Below are positions 20,678-30,817 of a stretch of 64,000 nucleotides of DNA, in pieces. This stretch comes from Gammaproteobacteria bacterium (GTDB lineage: Bacteria > Pseudomonadota > Gammaproteobacteria > Arenicellales > JAANXG01): NCBI GenBank assembly GCA_024638505.1, contig JAHEKE010000002.1:31006-95005 (forward strand), given 5' to 3'. A program made the position numbers and the translations under genes. Numbering within the stretch: the stretch's first letter is position 1; each line of letters opens with the position of its first letter. The notes below the pieces were generated by a model. That model did no database searches. It was given only the letters and a program-made list of their open reading frames with translations, and was not told where the DNA came from.

Positions 20678-22003
20678 TCAACTCCTGGCCTTGACATCAA
20701 GACTTTGTAGGTGCGCGAGTTTGTCCGCAATTTTTTGTTCTAATCCACGGCGAACAGGATAATAATACTTGCGTTTACCCATGGATTCAGGAAAATAATT
20801 CTCGTCCGCAGCGTAGCCCTCTGGTTCGTCGTGAGCATAGCGATAGTGTTTACCGTAGTTAAGCTCTCGCATGAGTCGGGTTGAAGCATTTCGCAGGTGC
20901 AGCGGGACGTCCAATGAACCCTGATTTTTTACATCCGTGAGCGCCTGTTCGAATGCTCGGTAAACCGAATTGCTCTTGGCTGCGCAGGATAAATATAGAA
21001 TTGCCTGGGCGATGACCAGTTCTCCTTCCGGCGTACCCAAACGTTCGTATGCCTCCCACGCGTCGAGCGCTATCCTGAGCGCGCGAGGATCTGCGTTTCC
21101 AATATCCTCAGCTGCGATGCGAACCACCCGCCGCGCCAGATAAGCCGGATCACACCCCCCATCGATCATCCGTACATACCAGTACAATGCTGCATCAGGG
21201 TCGGACCCCCGTACAGACTTATGCAGCGCTGAAATCTGATCAAAAAAAGATTCTCCGGCCTTGTCGAACCGCCTGGTTCCCTCGGTTAGGACATTACGCA
21301 CAATATCCTCGGAGATGTTTATTGCTCCATCCTCGGCGTCAGCCAGATCGACAGCGATCTGCAGGAAATTGAGAGCCCGGCGCGCGTCTCCGTCTGCCGC
21401 AGTTGCGATTTGATCTCGGCAAGCCTCCGGCAGCGTGATGTTAACGTCGGCATAGCCCCGCGGGTGCACAAGCGCTGTATCGAGCACTGAGCTTATGCTT
21501 GCGAGGTCAAGAGGTTTGAGTACATATACCCGTGCTCTAGAAAGCAGAGCATTGTTCAGCTCGAACGATGGGTTTTCAGTTGTGGCCCCAATAAGGGTTA
21601 CTAATCCTGACTCGACGTGTGGTAGCAATGCATCCTGTTGTGACTTGTTAAATCGATGTACTTCATCGATAAAAAGAACGGCGGGCTGATTACGTTGATG
21701 TCGAGAATGTTGCGCTTTATCGACCGCGTCTCGGATGTCCTTGACCCCCGACAACACCGCAGACAGATTGAGGAAGCGCGCGTCTGCTCGCTGCGCGAAA
21801 AGCCTGGCTAAAGTGGTCTTACCACTGCCAGGCGGCCCCCACAGGACCATAGAGTGCAGCATTCCGCCTTCTACCGCGCGGCGCAATGGTTGTCCCGGCG
21901 ACAGCAGATGTTGCTGACCATAAAATTCTGCAATGGACTGCGGCCGCATGCGGTCGGCAAGCGGTGTTAGTTGGTCGGCATCTACAGTTGACATTTTTCT
22001 CAT
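20678..22003 (-). CDS. rarA: replication-associated recombination protein A (MgsA/RarA AAA+ ATPase)
   Basis: PLADRMRP.S..EF.GQ.HLL..G..LRR......L.SM.LWGPPGSGKTTLARL...LFIDEVHRFNK.QQDALLP..E.G...LIGATTENP. The C-terminal MgsA domain YDPAYLARR is also present. Confidence 0.93.
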   Translation of the reverse strand: MRKMSTVDADQLTPLADRMRPQSIAEFYGQQHLLSPGQPLRRAVEGGMLHSMVLWGPPGSGKTTLARLFAQRADARFLNLSAVLSGVKDIRDAVDKAQHSRHQRNQPAVLFIDEVHRFNKSQQDALLPHVESGLVTLIGATTENPSFELNNALLSRARVYVLKPLDLASISSVLDTALVHPRGYADVNITLPEACRDQIATAADGDARRALNFLQIAVDLADAEDGAINISEDIVRNVLTEGTRRFDKAGESFFDQISALHKSVRGSDPDAALYWYVRMIDGGCDPAYLARRVVRIAAEDIGNADPRALRIALDAWEAYERLGTPEGELVIAQAILYLSCAAKSNSVYRAFEQALTDVKNQGSLDVPLHLRNASTRLMRELNYGKHYRYAHDEPEGYAADENYFPESMGKRKYYYPVRRGLEQKIADKLAHLQSLDVKARS

Positions 22004-22215
22004 GGCGCAACATCTGGGAATGAACTGGATTGTAGACCGATCGCAGGCAGCAAGAAACCTCCGTCTGGAGGTTACGAATTGCCAACATTCGTGCCTGCGT
22101 TTTTGCGCGCAAGTAAAAACGCGAGGTTGACTGCAAAACTGTGCTAATGCTGGTCACTGAGTTACAATTCGCAATCAGTCAATCCTGCTCAATTTTTATA
22201 GGAGATGATCTCCCA

Positions 22216-22692
22216 ATGTATGAATGGAAGCTGATTAGCCTGCCATCGCTGGCCGTTTTTTTTTACTTGGCGGGGTGTAGCTACACCGGTACAAGCGAGA
22301 CTGATTCGGAGCTGAAACAGCGCGCTCGGTCGGGTGATGTCGATGCCGGATATCAATTGGGGCAGAAATATGCAAATTCGACTTTACCCCGTACACCTGA
22401 GGCTATCTACTGGTTGTGTCGGGCGGCCAAGGAGGGGCACGTCCCAGCCCAGCTGGAGTTAGCTACGCTGTACGCAAAGGACGCGCAGTCGGGCGACAAC
22501 ACTGCGGCCGACGGCCCACGGCTGTCAAACTGGGGCAGCGCTTACTTCTGGTACACCGCGGCGGCATCGCAGGGCAACGAGCAGGCGTTGACTAAGCGCG
22601 ACGATCTTGCAGCCAACATGGGTACCGAGGAGATTATGGAGGTGAAGAGAAAAGCGACCCGGTGGCAGCAGGCTGTCTGCGTAGAACCTTAG
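22216..22692 (+). CDS. Sel1-repeat lipoprotein
   Basis: Lipobox LAGC after a signal sequence. Repeated G...A.Y.LG..Y / A..W...AA..G...AQ..LA.LY units. The ATG at 22216 is preferred. Confidence 0.7.
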   Translation: MYEWKLISLPSLAVFFYLAGCSYTGTSETDSELKQRARSGDVDAGYQLGQKYANSTLPRTPEAIYWLCRAAKEGHVPAQLELATLYAKDAQSGDNTAADGPRLSNWGSAYFWYTAAASQGNEQALTKRDDLAANMGTEEIMEVKRKATRWQQAVCVEP

Positions 22693-22700
22693 CTCGGCCA

Positions 22701-23024
22701 ATGGTCAGAACAGCTTTACTTTTCGCTTGCACGGGTTTTATCAGCGGCTGCACGTCAACATACCTGATCACGGGTGAGGGTGGCACGCCGTGCGCCACCG
22801 TGGTGCAGCAAATCGAATCAAGCGAGCAGGCCAGAACAATCTATGGTGCTTGGCTGTCCGGTTACGTAACCCGGTTTAACTATGAACGAGACAGCAAATT
22901 GGGCCGGCAATTCAGTTCTTCTACCCTGGTAAATGCGGCAATTCAGCATTGTAAAAGCAAGCCGCTCGATGACTTTGCGCAAGCGGCGGAGTCGATAATC
23001 AAGGAGTTGCGGAGAAAAGACTAG
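22701..23024 (+). CDS. small putative lipoprotein
   Basis: MVRTALLFACTGFISGC lipobox. 107 aa. No family recognised. Confidence 0.5.
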   Translation: MVRTALLFACTGFISGCTSTYLITGEGGTPCATVVQQIESSEQARTIYGAWLSGYVTRFNYERDSKLGRQFSSSTLVNAAIQHCKSKPLDDFAQAAESIIKELRRKD

Positions 23025-23059
23025 CTGGCCAAGTTTTTAGTTCAGGCTGGCGTACGGAG

Positions 23060-23935
23060 CTAGCCAAACGTGTTGCATTCGTTCAATTCACCCGCTTCCA
23101 AGCCGGCGCGAAACCACCGTACGCGCTGTTCCGAACTGCCGTGAGTAAAGGACTCAGGATGAATCCGACCCCCGGACATGCCCTGAATGCGGTCATCACC
23201 CACCGCCGCGGCGGCGCGCAATCCCTCTTCGACGTCACCCTGCTCCAGTAGGTTACGTTGACGGTGAGCGTGGTGTGCCCAGACCCCGGCATAGCAATCT
23301 GCCTGCAGCTCAAGCCTGACTGACAGTGCATTGGCATCTGCTGGATACTGGCGACGCGCGCGATTCACTTGCTCCATGGTACCGATCAAGTTTTGCACGT
23401 GATGCGCAACTTCGTGCGCTATGACATAGGCCTGGGCGAAATCCCCCGGCGCACCTAGGCTCCCCAGCTGGCGAAAAAATTCAAGGTCAATGTAGACCTT
23501 ACGGTCGCCCGGACAGTAAAACGGTCCGGATGCACCGGATCCGTAACCACATGCCGTCGTTGTCGCACCGCTGTAAAGCACGAGTTTCGGCGGTTGATAG
23601 CGCTCACCGGCCTGCTGGAACAGGCTATGCCAAGTGTCCTCCGTATCGGCCAGGACAGCCGAAACAAATTGCGCCTCCTGGTCGGACGGCGCTGCGGTAC
23701 CGGATGGCGGGGGCGCCTGCTGCGGGATAAATGGTCCACCGCCGCGCTCGAGCATACCAACTATCTGCCCAAGGTCGCCGCCTAAAAGCAGTAGACCGAG
23801 TACGACGATTATTCCCATCCCGCCCCCAAGCTTAATCCCGCGCGGCACACGTCTGCCTCTCGGCAAGTTCGTGGGAAAGCGGCTTCCCCGGCGGTCTTCA
23901 ATGTTTTGACTGCGTCTACCTCGTTGCCAGCGCAT
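23060..23935 (-). CDS. ypfJ: YpfJ-family neutral zinc metallopeptidase
   Basis: The MRWQRGRRSQNIEDRRG N-terminus matches the YpfJ family. One TM helix. HExxH as AHEVAHHVQN. Started at the internal ATG at 23935. Confidence 0.85.
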   Translation of the reverse strand: MRWQRGRRSQNIEDRRGSRFPTNLPRGRRVPRGIKLGGGMGIIVVLGLLLLGGDLGQIVGMLERGGGPFIPQQAPPPSGTAAPSDQEAQFVSAVLADTEDTWHSLFQQAGERYQPPKLVLYSGATTTACGYGSGASGPFYCPGDRKVYIDLEFFRQLGSLGAPGDFAQAYVIAHEVAHHVQNLIGTMEQVNRARRQYPADANALSVRLELQADCYAGVWAHHAHRQRNLLEQGDVEEGLRAAAAVGDDRIQGMSGGRIHPESFTHGSSEQRVRWFRAGLEAGELNECNTFG

Positions 23936-24103
23936 GCTGTCTCTCAGCTGTTTTGGGAAAGCCAAGGATAAATGGTTTGCACTGCCTATGGCCACAGCAA
24001 ACCGTACGCTGCTGTACGAGCGATGCCCCAACCTTGTATATCAACGAGGCTGTAAGGGAACCACTGCGCCGTCGAGAGATTATGTGACTGCTACAATGCA
24101 TCC

Positions 24104-24958
24104 ATGGCCGCTCTGCTGAAACTGTTTTCACGTCTGCCTCTGACCGTTCTGCATGGCCTGGGTTATGCCTTGTATATTGTGCTGTACAGGTTAGTAGGCG
24201 TCAGGCGGGCCGTTGTCGTGCGTAACTTATCCAGCGCTTTTCCGAATTTAATCGAAGCGGAGGTAGCCGATTTAGCCCGCCGGTTTTATCGCAGCTACGC
24301 CGACGTCGCTATGGAGATGATAAAATCGATCAGCATCAGTCAACACGAGCTCGCGCAACGGGTCCGCTTTAAGAATTTACAGCTGATTACGGCTGAGCTT
24401 GACCGTGGACAGCCTGTGCTGCTGACCGTCGCCCACTACGGCAACATCGAATGGCTGTTGCTGGCGTTGTGCTGCCAGCTGCGTTATCCCTTAGAGGCCA
24501 TATACAGGCCGGTAGCCAATCCCACCGTTGAAAAAGTAATGACCACTGCATATACCCGCTTTGGCGGCGTGCTGGTGGATGATCGGTCGGTCATCAAGCA
24601 AATTATGGCGCGCAAACATATGCCCCGGGTGGTAGCAATCGCCTCGGATCAGGCGCCGAACATAAACGACCAGAAAGTATGGGTTGATTTCCTTCATCAG
24701 GAGACCGCGTTTTTTCTCGCGCCGGATACCATTGCGCGCTTCGTCAATTACCCCGTGTATTTTCTCACTATGAATCGGCTTGCGCGTGGTTATTATGAAG
24801 CTGAATTTAAATGTATTGCCCAACCTCCGTATGTGGGAAAAGAGCGGGCCATACTTAAAGCCTACATCGCCGCCGTGGAAAAACAGATTGTTACACATCC
24901 GCCAGACTGGCTATGGATGCACAATCGATGGAAGAGAAAAAAATCTGTATATGAATAA
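24104..24958 (+). CDS. LpxL/HtrB-family (lipid A / lysophospholipid) acyltransferase
   Basis: 284 aa. N-terminal membrane anchor, H(x)4E box in TVAHYGNIEW, and the typical C-terminal P.DWLWMHNRWK. Confidence 0.75.
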   Translation: MAALLKLFSRLPLTVLHGLGYALYIVLYRLVGVRRAVVVRNLSSAFPNLIEAEVADLARRFYRSYADVAMEMIKSISISQHELAQRVRFKNLQLITAELDRGQPVLLTVAHYGNIEWLLLALCCQLRYPLEAIYRPVANPTVEKVMTTAYTRFGGVLVDDRSVIKQIMARKHMPRVVAIASDQAPNINDQKVWVDFLHQETAFFLAPDTIARFVNYPVYFLTMNRLARGYYEAEFKCIAQPPYVGKERAILKAYIAAVEKQIVTHPPDWLWMHNRWKRKKSVYE

Positions 24959-24959
24959 T

Positions 24960-26897
24960 CTAGACGTCCCGCCGCCTGGATTGAAGAAAGGCGGCAAGCT
25001 GGGCGAGGGTTGGGTGGTCAAAAAAATCGGTTATCTCCAGCTGTGCTGGAAAGCGCTGGTCAATTAGTTCGTGCATCTCAACCAGTTTTAGCGAGTTCAT
25101 ACCGATTTCGAAAAAATTATCATTGCGTTCCAGCTTTATTCCACCCAGTGACGAAGAACAAATGTCGAGTAGCGCATCTTCTATTTCAGTGTGTGGTTGA
25201 GTTGAAGAGACGGACAGGCTGTAGTTGGTGAGCAATCCGTCGAATTCCCCGTTGACGTATCGCTGGCGTAAAATGTAGCGCTGCAGTTTTCCGCTGGTAG
25301 TTTTCGGAATCTGTGAAACCGGTAAAACATGGGTAACTGCTGCCCCGGTGCGCTCACCCAGTATCCTGCGCACGCCTGCGATAACGGGCTTGAACTGTTC
25401 GTAGTCGCCGTGGTGTATGACGAAAGCTGCTATCTCTTCGCCGCTGCCGGACTCATCTGGAATGGCGCTGATTACAATGTTGCCGGGGTCAAGGTAAGGA
25501 AGTTCGCAAGCAATGTTTTCCAGGTCATGCGCATAAAAATTCTGCCCATTAACAAACATCACATCCTTCAATCTGCCGGTTACGAATAACCGGTCGCCTT
25601 TGACAAATCCAACATCACCGGTATCGAGCCAATTATCATCAGCGTACGCACTGCGATCCAGGCCGGGGCTGGCATAATAGCCGTGGGTGACGTTGGGGCC
25701 TTTGATTTCGATGCGCCCGACAGTTTCAGACGCAACGGGCGCACCATCGCTATCCGTTATCCTCACCGCACAATGTGCCACTGGTTTTCCCACTTCGACT
25801 ATTGTGACCGCGCCATTACTAGAGGTTTCACTGATTTTTCTACCCATACCGATCGACTCCCGCTGCACATTGATTGAGCGGTAGTTATCGTCTAGATCCG
25901 AAACGGAGACGGCTAAGCTGGCCTCCGCCAGACCATACACTGGCACCAGCGATGAGGCCTTGAGGCCGAACGGGGTTAAGGTATTCAAGAACTCTTCACA
26001 AACAGATGCAGAAACAGGCTCCGCGCCGTTAAAAATCAAGCGTACGTGGGACAGATCCAGATCCTCAATCTTCCATCTGCCAAATGCCTTTAGAAAAAGG
26101 CGATAGCCGAAGTTGGGTGAGCATAATATCGTCGTTTTTTCCTGGCACGCCATCTGTAGCCAGGCGGTGGGGCGCCGCACAAACACGCTGGTGTCCATGA
26201 TGTAATGCGTGATTCCCCGTAAAACCATAGCCAGATGAAATCCGATCAATCCCATATCGTGAGTAAGCGGCATCCAACTGAGACTGCGATCGTCATCATT
26301 AAGTCTTACCGCTGCGTGGATATCTTGGATGTTAACGGTGAGGTTGCCGTGGGTCAGTACTACCCCCTTGGGATCACTGGTCGAGCCAGAAGAGAACTGA
26401 ATGAATGAAACGTCTTCGGGTGCGGCAACCAGGGGTTCTGCTGATTGATTCAGGCTGGTTATATTCTCTAGTAGAATGGTTTTACTTTTCAGCTCTGCAT
26501 AATCGGCCTGTGCACCAAGCTGATCCATGAAAGTTCGAATTCGAGCCCCGGTTTGATGGTCGGTATAGAGGTGGGGATTTCTGAGTAAACGGTATACCCG
26601 CAAGAGTTTGTAATGCTGTTCCGTGGAGATGCCCGGGGAGATTGGAACCGGGATAATACCGCCCAGCTGACATGCCCAGAAGGCGTCAATAAAGGCCAGA
26701 TTGTTACTGGTGCAGATGATCAATTCATCACCTTTGCCGAGTCCGCGTTGTAACAAATGGCCAAGCAAGCCAAGTGCTCGCTGATAGAGTTCGGGAAAAG
26801 TTATAGATCGATGTTTGTTTTTACCATCGATGAAGAAAACACGATGATCGTATTGGCGAACGGCTTCCAAGCCCTCCGTTAGCGTCGAAAAAATCAT
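24960..26897 (-). CDS. fatty-acyl-AMP ligase (adenylate-forming) fused to a C-terminal carrier (ACP/PCP) domain
   Basis: AMP-binding motifs SSGSTSDPKGVVLTH, YGLAE, TGD.G..., KTTSGKLQR. C-terminal 4-helix carrier NFFEIGMNSLKLVEM, with Asn in place of the usual Asp before the Ser. Confidence 0.8.
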   Translation of the reverse strand: MIFSTLTEGLEAVRQYDHRVFFIDGKNKHRSITFPELYQRALGLLGHLLQRGLGKGDELIICTSNNLAFIDAFWACQLGGIIPVPISPGISTEQHYKLLRVYRLLRNPHLYTDHQTGARIRTFMDQLGAQADYAELKSKTILLENITSLNQSAEPLVAAPEDVSFIQFSSGSTSDPKGVVLTHGNLTVNIQDIHAAVRLNDDDRSLSWMPLTHDMGLIGFHLAMVLRGITHYIMDTSVFVRRPTAWLQMACQEKTTILCSPNFGYRLFLKAFGRWKIEDLDLSHVRLIFNGAEPVSASVCEEFLNTLTPFGLKASSLVPVYGLAEASLAVSVSDLDDNYRSINVQRESIGMGRKISETSSNGAVTIVEVGKPVAHCAVRITDSDGAPVASETVGRIEIKGPNVTHGYYASPGLDRSAYADDNWLDTGDVGFVKGDRLFVTGRLKDVMFVNGQNFYAHDLENIACELPYLDPGNIVISAIPDESGSGEEIAAFVIHHGDYEQFKPVIAGVRRILGERTGAAVTHVLPVSQIPKTTSGKLQRYILRQRYVNGEFDGLLTNYSLSVSSTQPHTEIEDALLDICSSSLGGIKLERNDNFFEIGMNSLKLVEMHELIDQRFPAQLEITDFFDHPTLAQLAAFLQSRRRDV

Positions 26898-26946
26898 CGG
26901 CGTGTAGGCAGGGGATCGACTACAGTATCAACTGCATCCAATCCGT

Positions 26947-27465
26947 TTAGCTGGAGGTATTCTGTTGGCAGTCAGAAAGGTTATTAACGGACACCCGGGG
27001 ATCGTCGAATATGCCAATCTCCTGGAGTTTTTCTCGCACCTCAGATTTGAACGTATCTAATACCATTTTGGAACCGCTACGACGTAAATACACGGCGCCA
27101 TCAACAAAAAGCTCGGCGCTGGTTAATTGTCCGCTGCAATAAGTTGCAATCGCCTCTACGTATTTACCGTGGCGCGCCACCCCGCAGTTTCCATATTTCT
27201 TAACCTCAATGTTTTTAATGCCGTTACTCTCCAAAGAGGCTATTTTTAACGGCAGCGCCTTGTCAAAACTCAGCCCGCTGCCTGCCGCCTCGGCTTGAGC
27301 AACGATGCTGTCCGCCCGCATTGGATCGAGCTGCCCTGGCTCAAGCACGATCGTGCTGGCTTCCGCTGTGCAGTTATCGTAAACACCTATTATCAGGGCT
27401 TCATTGGCAGAGGCCGATAGGGGCAGGGCGAATAGGCAGAAAAGACTATAGAATACGGTCTTCAT
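26947..27465 (-). CDS. secreted hypothetical protein (172 aa)
   Basis: The internal ATG at 27465 gives a clear signal peptide, MKTVFYSLFCLFALPLSASA. The upstream 74 codons of the track ORF are Cys/Ser-rich junk. Confidence 0.45.
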   Translation of the reverse strand: MKTVFYSLFCLFALPLSASANEALIIGVYDNCTAEASTIVLEPGQLDPMRADSIVAQAEAAGSGLSFDKALPLKIASLESNGIKNIEVKKYGNCGVARHGKYVEAIATYCSGQLTSAELFVDGAVYLRRSGSKMVLDTFKSEVREKLQEIGIFDDPRVSVNNLSDCQQNTSS

Positions 27466-27607
27466 AAAGATATTGGATCTTGGTTGTGGCATTCTGTCAA
27501 GGTCATTACGTGGCAAGTGGTCCGGATTCTGTGCACGCAGCAAGCTGGAGCGGCACTGGATGAATCTCGAGCAGGGGAAGAAAATGCTTTGTGCACAGGG
27601 ACTTAAT

Positions 27608-28270
27608 ATGTTTTCGGTGCTCAGCTGTAACAAACTGCCGCAGACATTCCATGCTGCCGTGCAACAGGCAGGTTTAGATTTACTCAACTATCCGAGTCTG
27701 ATATTGATTGGGCACGCTGGCAACGCGATGTGGCGGCAGCTTCGAATCCAGGGTCGTCTGGCCCAATCAGACCCGGTCGATGCGTTCAGCCTGTTTCATG
27801 CCACCCGTTTTGTCAACGAATACCTCGATGCCTGCCCACACATGGTTCTTTACCCCGGTGAAATCCCCATTCCGCTGCAACAACTCGGCGTTGTTGCGGG
27901 TTGGCAGCATCGGTCACCGCTGGGAGTGGGCATAAACGAAAGCTTTGGCCCCTGGTTCGGTTATCGCGCTGCACTGTTGGTGCAGGCGGCCTTGCCTGAG
28001 GATGTGCTGAACGCTGGTGAATCGCCCTGCGATCGCTGCTCACAGCAACCCTGTGTCAGCACCTGTCCGGCTGGCGCGTTGTCCGCAGCCGATTCCCCTG
28101 ATGTTCAGGCCTGCGTAAACTACCGCCTGCAACAAAACTCCCCATGCGCGTCGCAATGTTTGGCTAGGCTTGCTTGCCCCGTAGGAAGACAGCATCGATA
28201 CGGCGACGAGCAGTTGCACTATTTCTACCGACGCTCCCTGGACTCGATAAAGAAGTACTTAGCCGGTTAG
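27608..28270 (+). CDS. short QueG-related Fe-S protein
   Basis: GW.HRSPLGVGIN...GPWFGYRAALLV...LP...CDRCSQQPCVSTCPAGAL...CVNY resembles the central part of E. coli QueG (GWTGKHSL.LN..GSFFFLGELL.D..LP...C..C..C...CPTGA...C.SY). It lacks the QueG C-terminal half. The start could instead be at 27584. Confidence 0.5.
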   Translation: MFSVLSCNKLPQTFHAAVQQAGLDLLNYPSLILIGHAGNAMWRQLRIQGRLAQSDPVDAFSLFHATRFVNEYLDACPHMVLYPGEIPIPLQQLGVVAGWQHRSPLGVGINESFGPWFGYRAALLVQAALPEDVLNAGESPCDRCSQQPCVSTCPAGALSAADSPDVQACVNYRLQQNSPCASQCLARLACPVGRQHRYGDEQLHYFYRRSLDSIKKYLAG

Positions 28271-28278
28271 GTTACTGC

Positions 28279-30315
28279 CTAATCCTCTCGATTTTCGAAC
28301 CGCTTAACCAGTTCTTTTTGCAGATTAGCGGGGATAGGATCATAGTGACTCAAGCGCATCGTATAGGAGCCTTCACCGCCGGTCATTGACTTGAGTTTTG
28401 ATTGATAATCGGCCAGCTCCGCCAAAGGCACTTGTCCGCCGATGCAGACCATCCCCCCGGTTAACACATCGGTATTGGATACCCGGCCCCTGCGCGAGGA
28501 CAGGTCGCCAGTGATATCCCCCATATTGTCACTGGGGACGGTAACTTCGATATCAACGATCGGCTCAAGCACGATAGGCTTGGCGTTAGCAACGGCCTGG
28601 ACGAACGCTTTGCGTCCCGCGGTCACAAAGGATATTTCGTTTGAATCAACCGCGTGATGTTTACCGTCGTATACCGTCACCTGGATATCCTGCATGGGAA
28701 ATCCTGCAATCGCGCCGCCTTCGTATGCCTGACGCACGCCTTTTTCCACTGAGGGGATAAAAGTGTTTGGAATAACGCCGCCCACCACTTTATCAACAAA
28801 CTCGAAGCCGGCGCCGCGCTGTAATGGCTCTATCCTGATGAACACTTCTCCAAATTGGCCGGCACCGCCGCTCTGTTTTTTATGCCTATGATGGCCCTCG
28901 GCTTTTTTAGTGACCGTCTCTCGATAGGGGATGGTCGGCGGCTTGGTATCGACCGTGACGTTATAGATTTCTTCCATGCGTTCAAGCGCGGTCCGCAGGT
29001 GAAGTTCGCCCAAGCCCCGCAGTACGGTCTCGTTGGCTGAGGCGTCTCGTTCGATTTTCAGGCATGGATCTTCCTGCGCCATTTTGTCCATTGCTTCGGC
29101 CAGCTTCTGCTCTTCTCCCCGCTTTTTCGGCTTTACCGCGAGACCTGCCAGCGGCATGGGTAGGTTAATCGGCTTCAGTCTAAGGTCATCTTCATCATGC
29201 GCATCATGCAATATCGAATCGAGGTGTACATCGGCAACTTTAGCCAATGTGCAGAGGTCGCCCGGCACGCCGGTTGGGATCTCCACGTGCTTGTCGCCCT
29301 GCATTTTAAACAGGTGACCGACTTTGAATGCCTTACGCGCATCATCAATTAGCAGTTCAGTATCCTTGGTAACCGTGCCCTGGTGGATACGAAACAAGCC
29401 AAGCTTGCCGACATACGGGTCGAACGCAACCTTGAAGACGTGTCCGATCACGTGTGCGTTCGGATCCGGCTTAATGTTTTCTGCATCCTTACCCTCTTTG
29501 CCACGCACAAATGGAGGCACGTTGCCTTCAGCCGGATTGGGCATCAGTTTGGTAATCGCTTCCAGCAATTCTTTTATGCCTACGCTTTTAGCGGCGGAGA
29601 CAAAGCATACCGGGACTAAATGGCCTTCCCTTAACGCTTTTTCGAAAGCGTCATGCAGCTGGTCGGGTCCAACCTCACCCTGTTCCAAGTACGCTTCCAT
29701 TAGGTCCTCGTCAACTTCTACCGTTTGATCAATGACCGCGGTATGTGCCTTTTCCACCGACGAGAAGTCGGCCTCGCCAGTTGGATTGAAGAAGCAGTCT
29801 ACGACACTGGTCCCTCCTTGTGCAGGCAGATTGATGGCTAGACATTCGTCGCCAAAGTTCTGGCGGATGTCGGAATACAGTTTTTCCAGGTCTATGCGCT
29901 CTCCATCGATATGGTTGACGATAATCATGCGGCACTGTTGCCGTGCTTTCGCCGCTTCCATCAGCCGCCGAGTCATGGTCTGAATTCCAGCCGTTGCGTT
30001 TATCACCACCGCCACGGTTTCAACTGCCGGCAGCACGCTTAAAGTCTGGCCGACAAAGTCGGGGTAACCTGGAGTATCGATTAAATTAATATGGCGCGCA
30101 TCGTAGTCGATATTTACAACAGAGGAGCGTAAAGAGTGGTGATGCCTTTGTTCCAGTGGGTCAGAATCGGATATGGTATTCCCTTTTTCAACACTTCCAG
30201 TGTGCTGAATCACACCGGCGGTGTGCAGTAATGCCTCGGTAAGCGCGGTTTTGCCCGATCCAGCGTGACCTACCAGGGCTACATTTCTGATGTCATTGGT
30301 GGTGTATTCGGACAT
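28279..30315 (-). CDS. elongation factor G-like GTPase (EF-G paralog)
   Basis: IRNVALVGHAGSGKTALTEALL, DTPGYPDF, NHID G-motifs and EF-G domains II-V. It is not in the str operon context, so I call it a paralog. Confidence 0.9.
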   Translation of the reverse strand: MSEYTTNDIRNVALVGHAGSGKTALTEALLHTAGVIQHTGSVEKGNTISDSDPLEQRHHHSLRSSVVNIDYDARHINLIDTPGYPDFVGQTLSVLPAVETVAVVINATAGIQTMTRRLMEAAKARQQCRMIIVNHIDGERIDLEKLYSDIRQNFGDECLAINLPAQGGTSVVDCFFNPTGEADFSSVEKAHTAVIDQTVEVDEDLMEAYLEQGEVGPDQLHDAFEKALREGHLVPVCFVSAAKSVGIKELLEAITKLMPNPAEGNVPPFVRGKEGKDAENIKPDPNAHVIGHVFKVAFDPYVGKLGLFRIHQGTVTKDTELLIDDARKAFKVGHLFKMQGDKHVEIPTGVPGDLCTLAKVADVHLDSILHDAHDEDDLRLKPINLPMPLAGLAVKPKKRGEEQKLAEAMDKMAQEDPCLKIERDASANETVLRGLGELHLRTALERMEEIYNVTVDTKPPTIPYRETVTKKAEGHHRHKKQSGGAGQFGEVFIRIEPLQRGAGFEFVDKVVGGVIPNTFIPSVEKGVRQAYEGGAIAGFPMQDIQVTVYDGKHHAVDSNEISFVTAGRKAFVQAVANAKPIVLEPIVDIEVTVPSDNMGDITGDLSSRRGRVSNTDVLTGGMVCIGGQVPLAELADYQSKLKSMTGGEGSYTMRLSHYDPIPANLQKELVKRFENRED

Positions 30316-30458
30316 AGTCCAAATCCTCCTTGTGTCGAGTAGCAGTCGTATTGCGACGCAGCGTGCATCGCTTTATCTTAAAAATTTGTCAATAAAGCCT
30401 ACCGGAAAACGGATCCTACACCAAGCCCGTAAACTTCTACCTACCGCCTAATGCGTTG

Positions 30459-30710
30459 TCAGTTTTCCGTGTTATCGACGCACTGTCGCAGCGCATGCAC
30501 GCTGGAAACGGTCGATACCGCGTAAGGCACTAGAAAAGTCAGAATAACCTTAGCCCAGGAAAAGCGACTTGTATCTTGTCCAATAATGAAGTCGCCTTGA
30601 TTGATCAGCACAAGTATGGGCGAGACAATTAGGGCCATGATCAATGCCCGGCGCACGACGTCTCTGCGCAGGGCCAGCCGCAGCCATTCCTGCATCACCG
30701 TTGATCTCAT
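30459..30710 (-). CDS. small two-TM membrane protein, NrtS-like
   Basis: 83 aa. ...RRALIMALIVSPILVLINQGD... then ...KVILTFLVPYAVSTVS, resembling what I remember of the NrtS small-protein family. Assigned from memory only. Confidence 0.4.
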   Translation of the reverse strand: MRSTVMQEWLRLALRRDVVRRALIMALIVSPILVLINQGDFIIGQDTSRFSWAKVILTFLVPYAVSTVSSVHALRQCVDNTEN

Positions 30711-30817
30711 GCGGGCGTGAACATAGGTCGAATGTTACGCAAGAGCAAACGGCTCGCCAACAGCTGTTGCCTCTGCCCTGCTCATTCCACTCACCGCGTC
30801 ACTACCAACGCCTTTGT

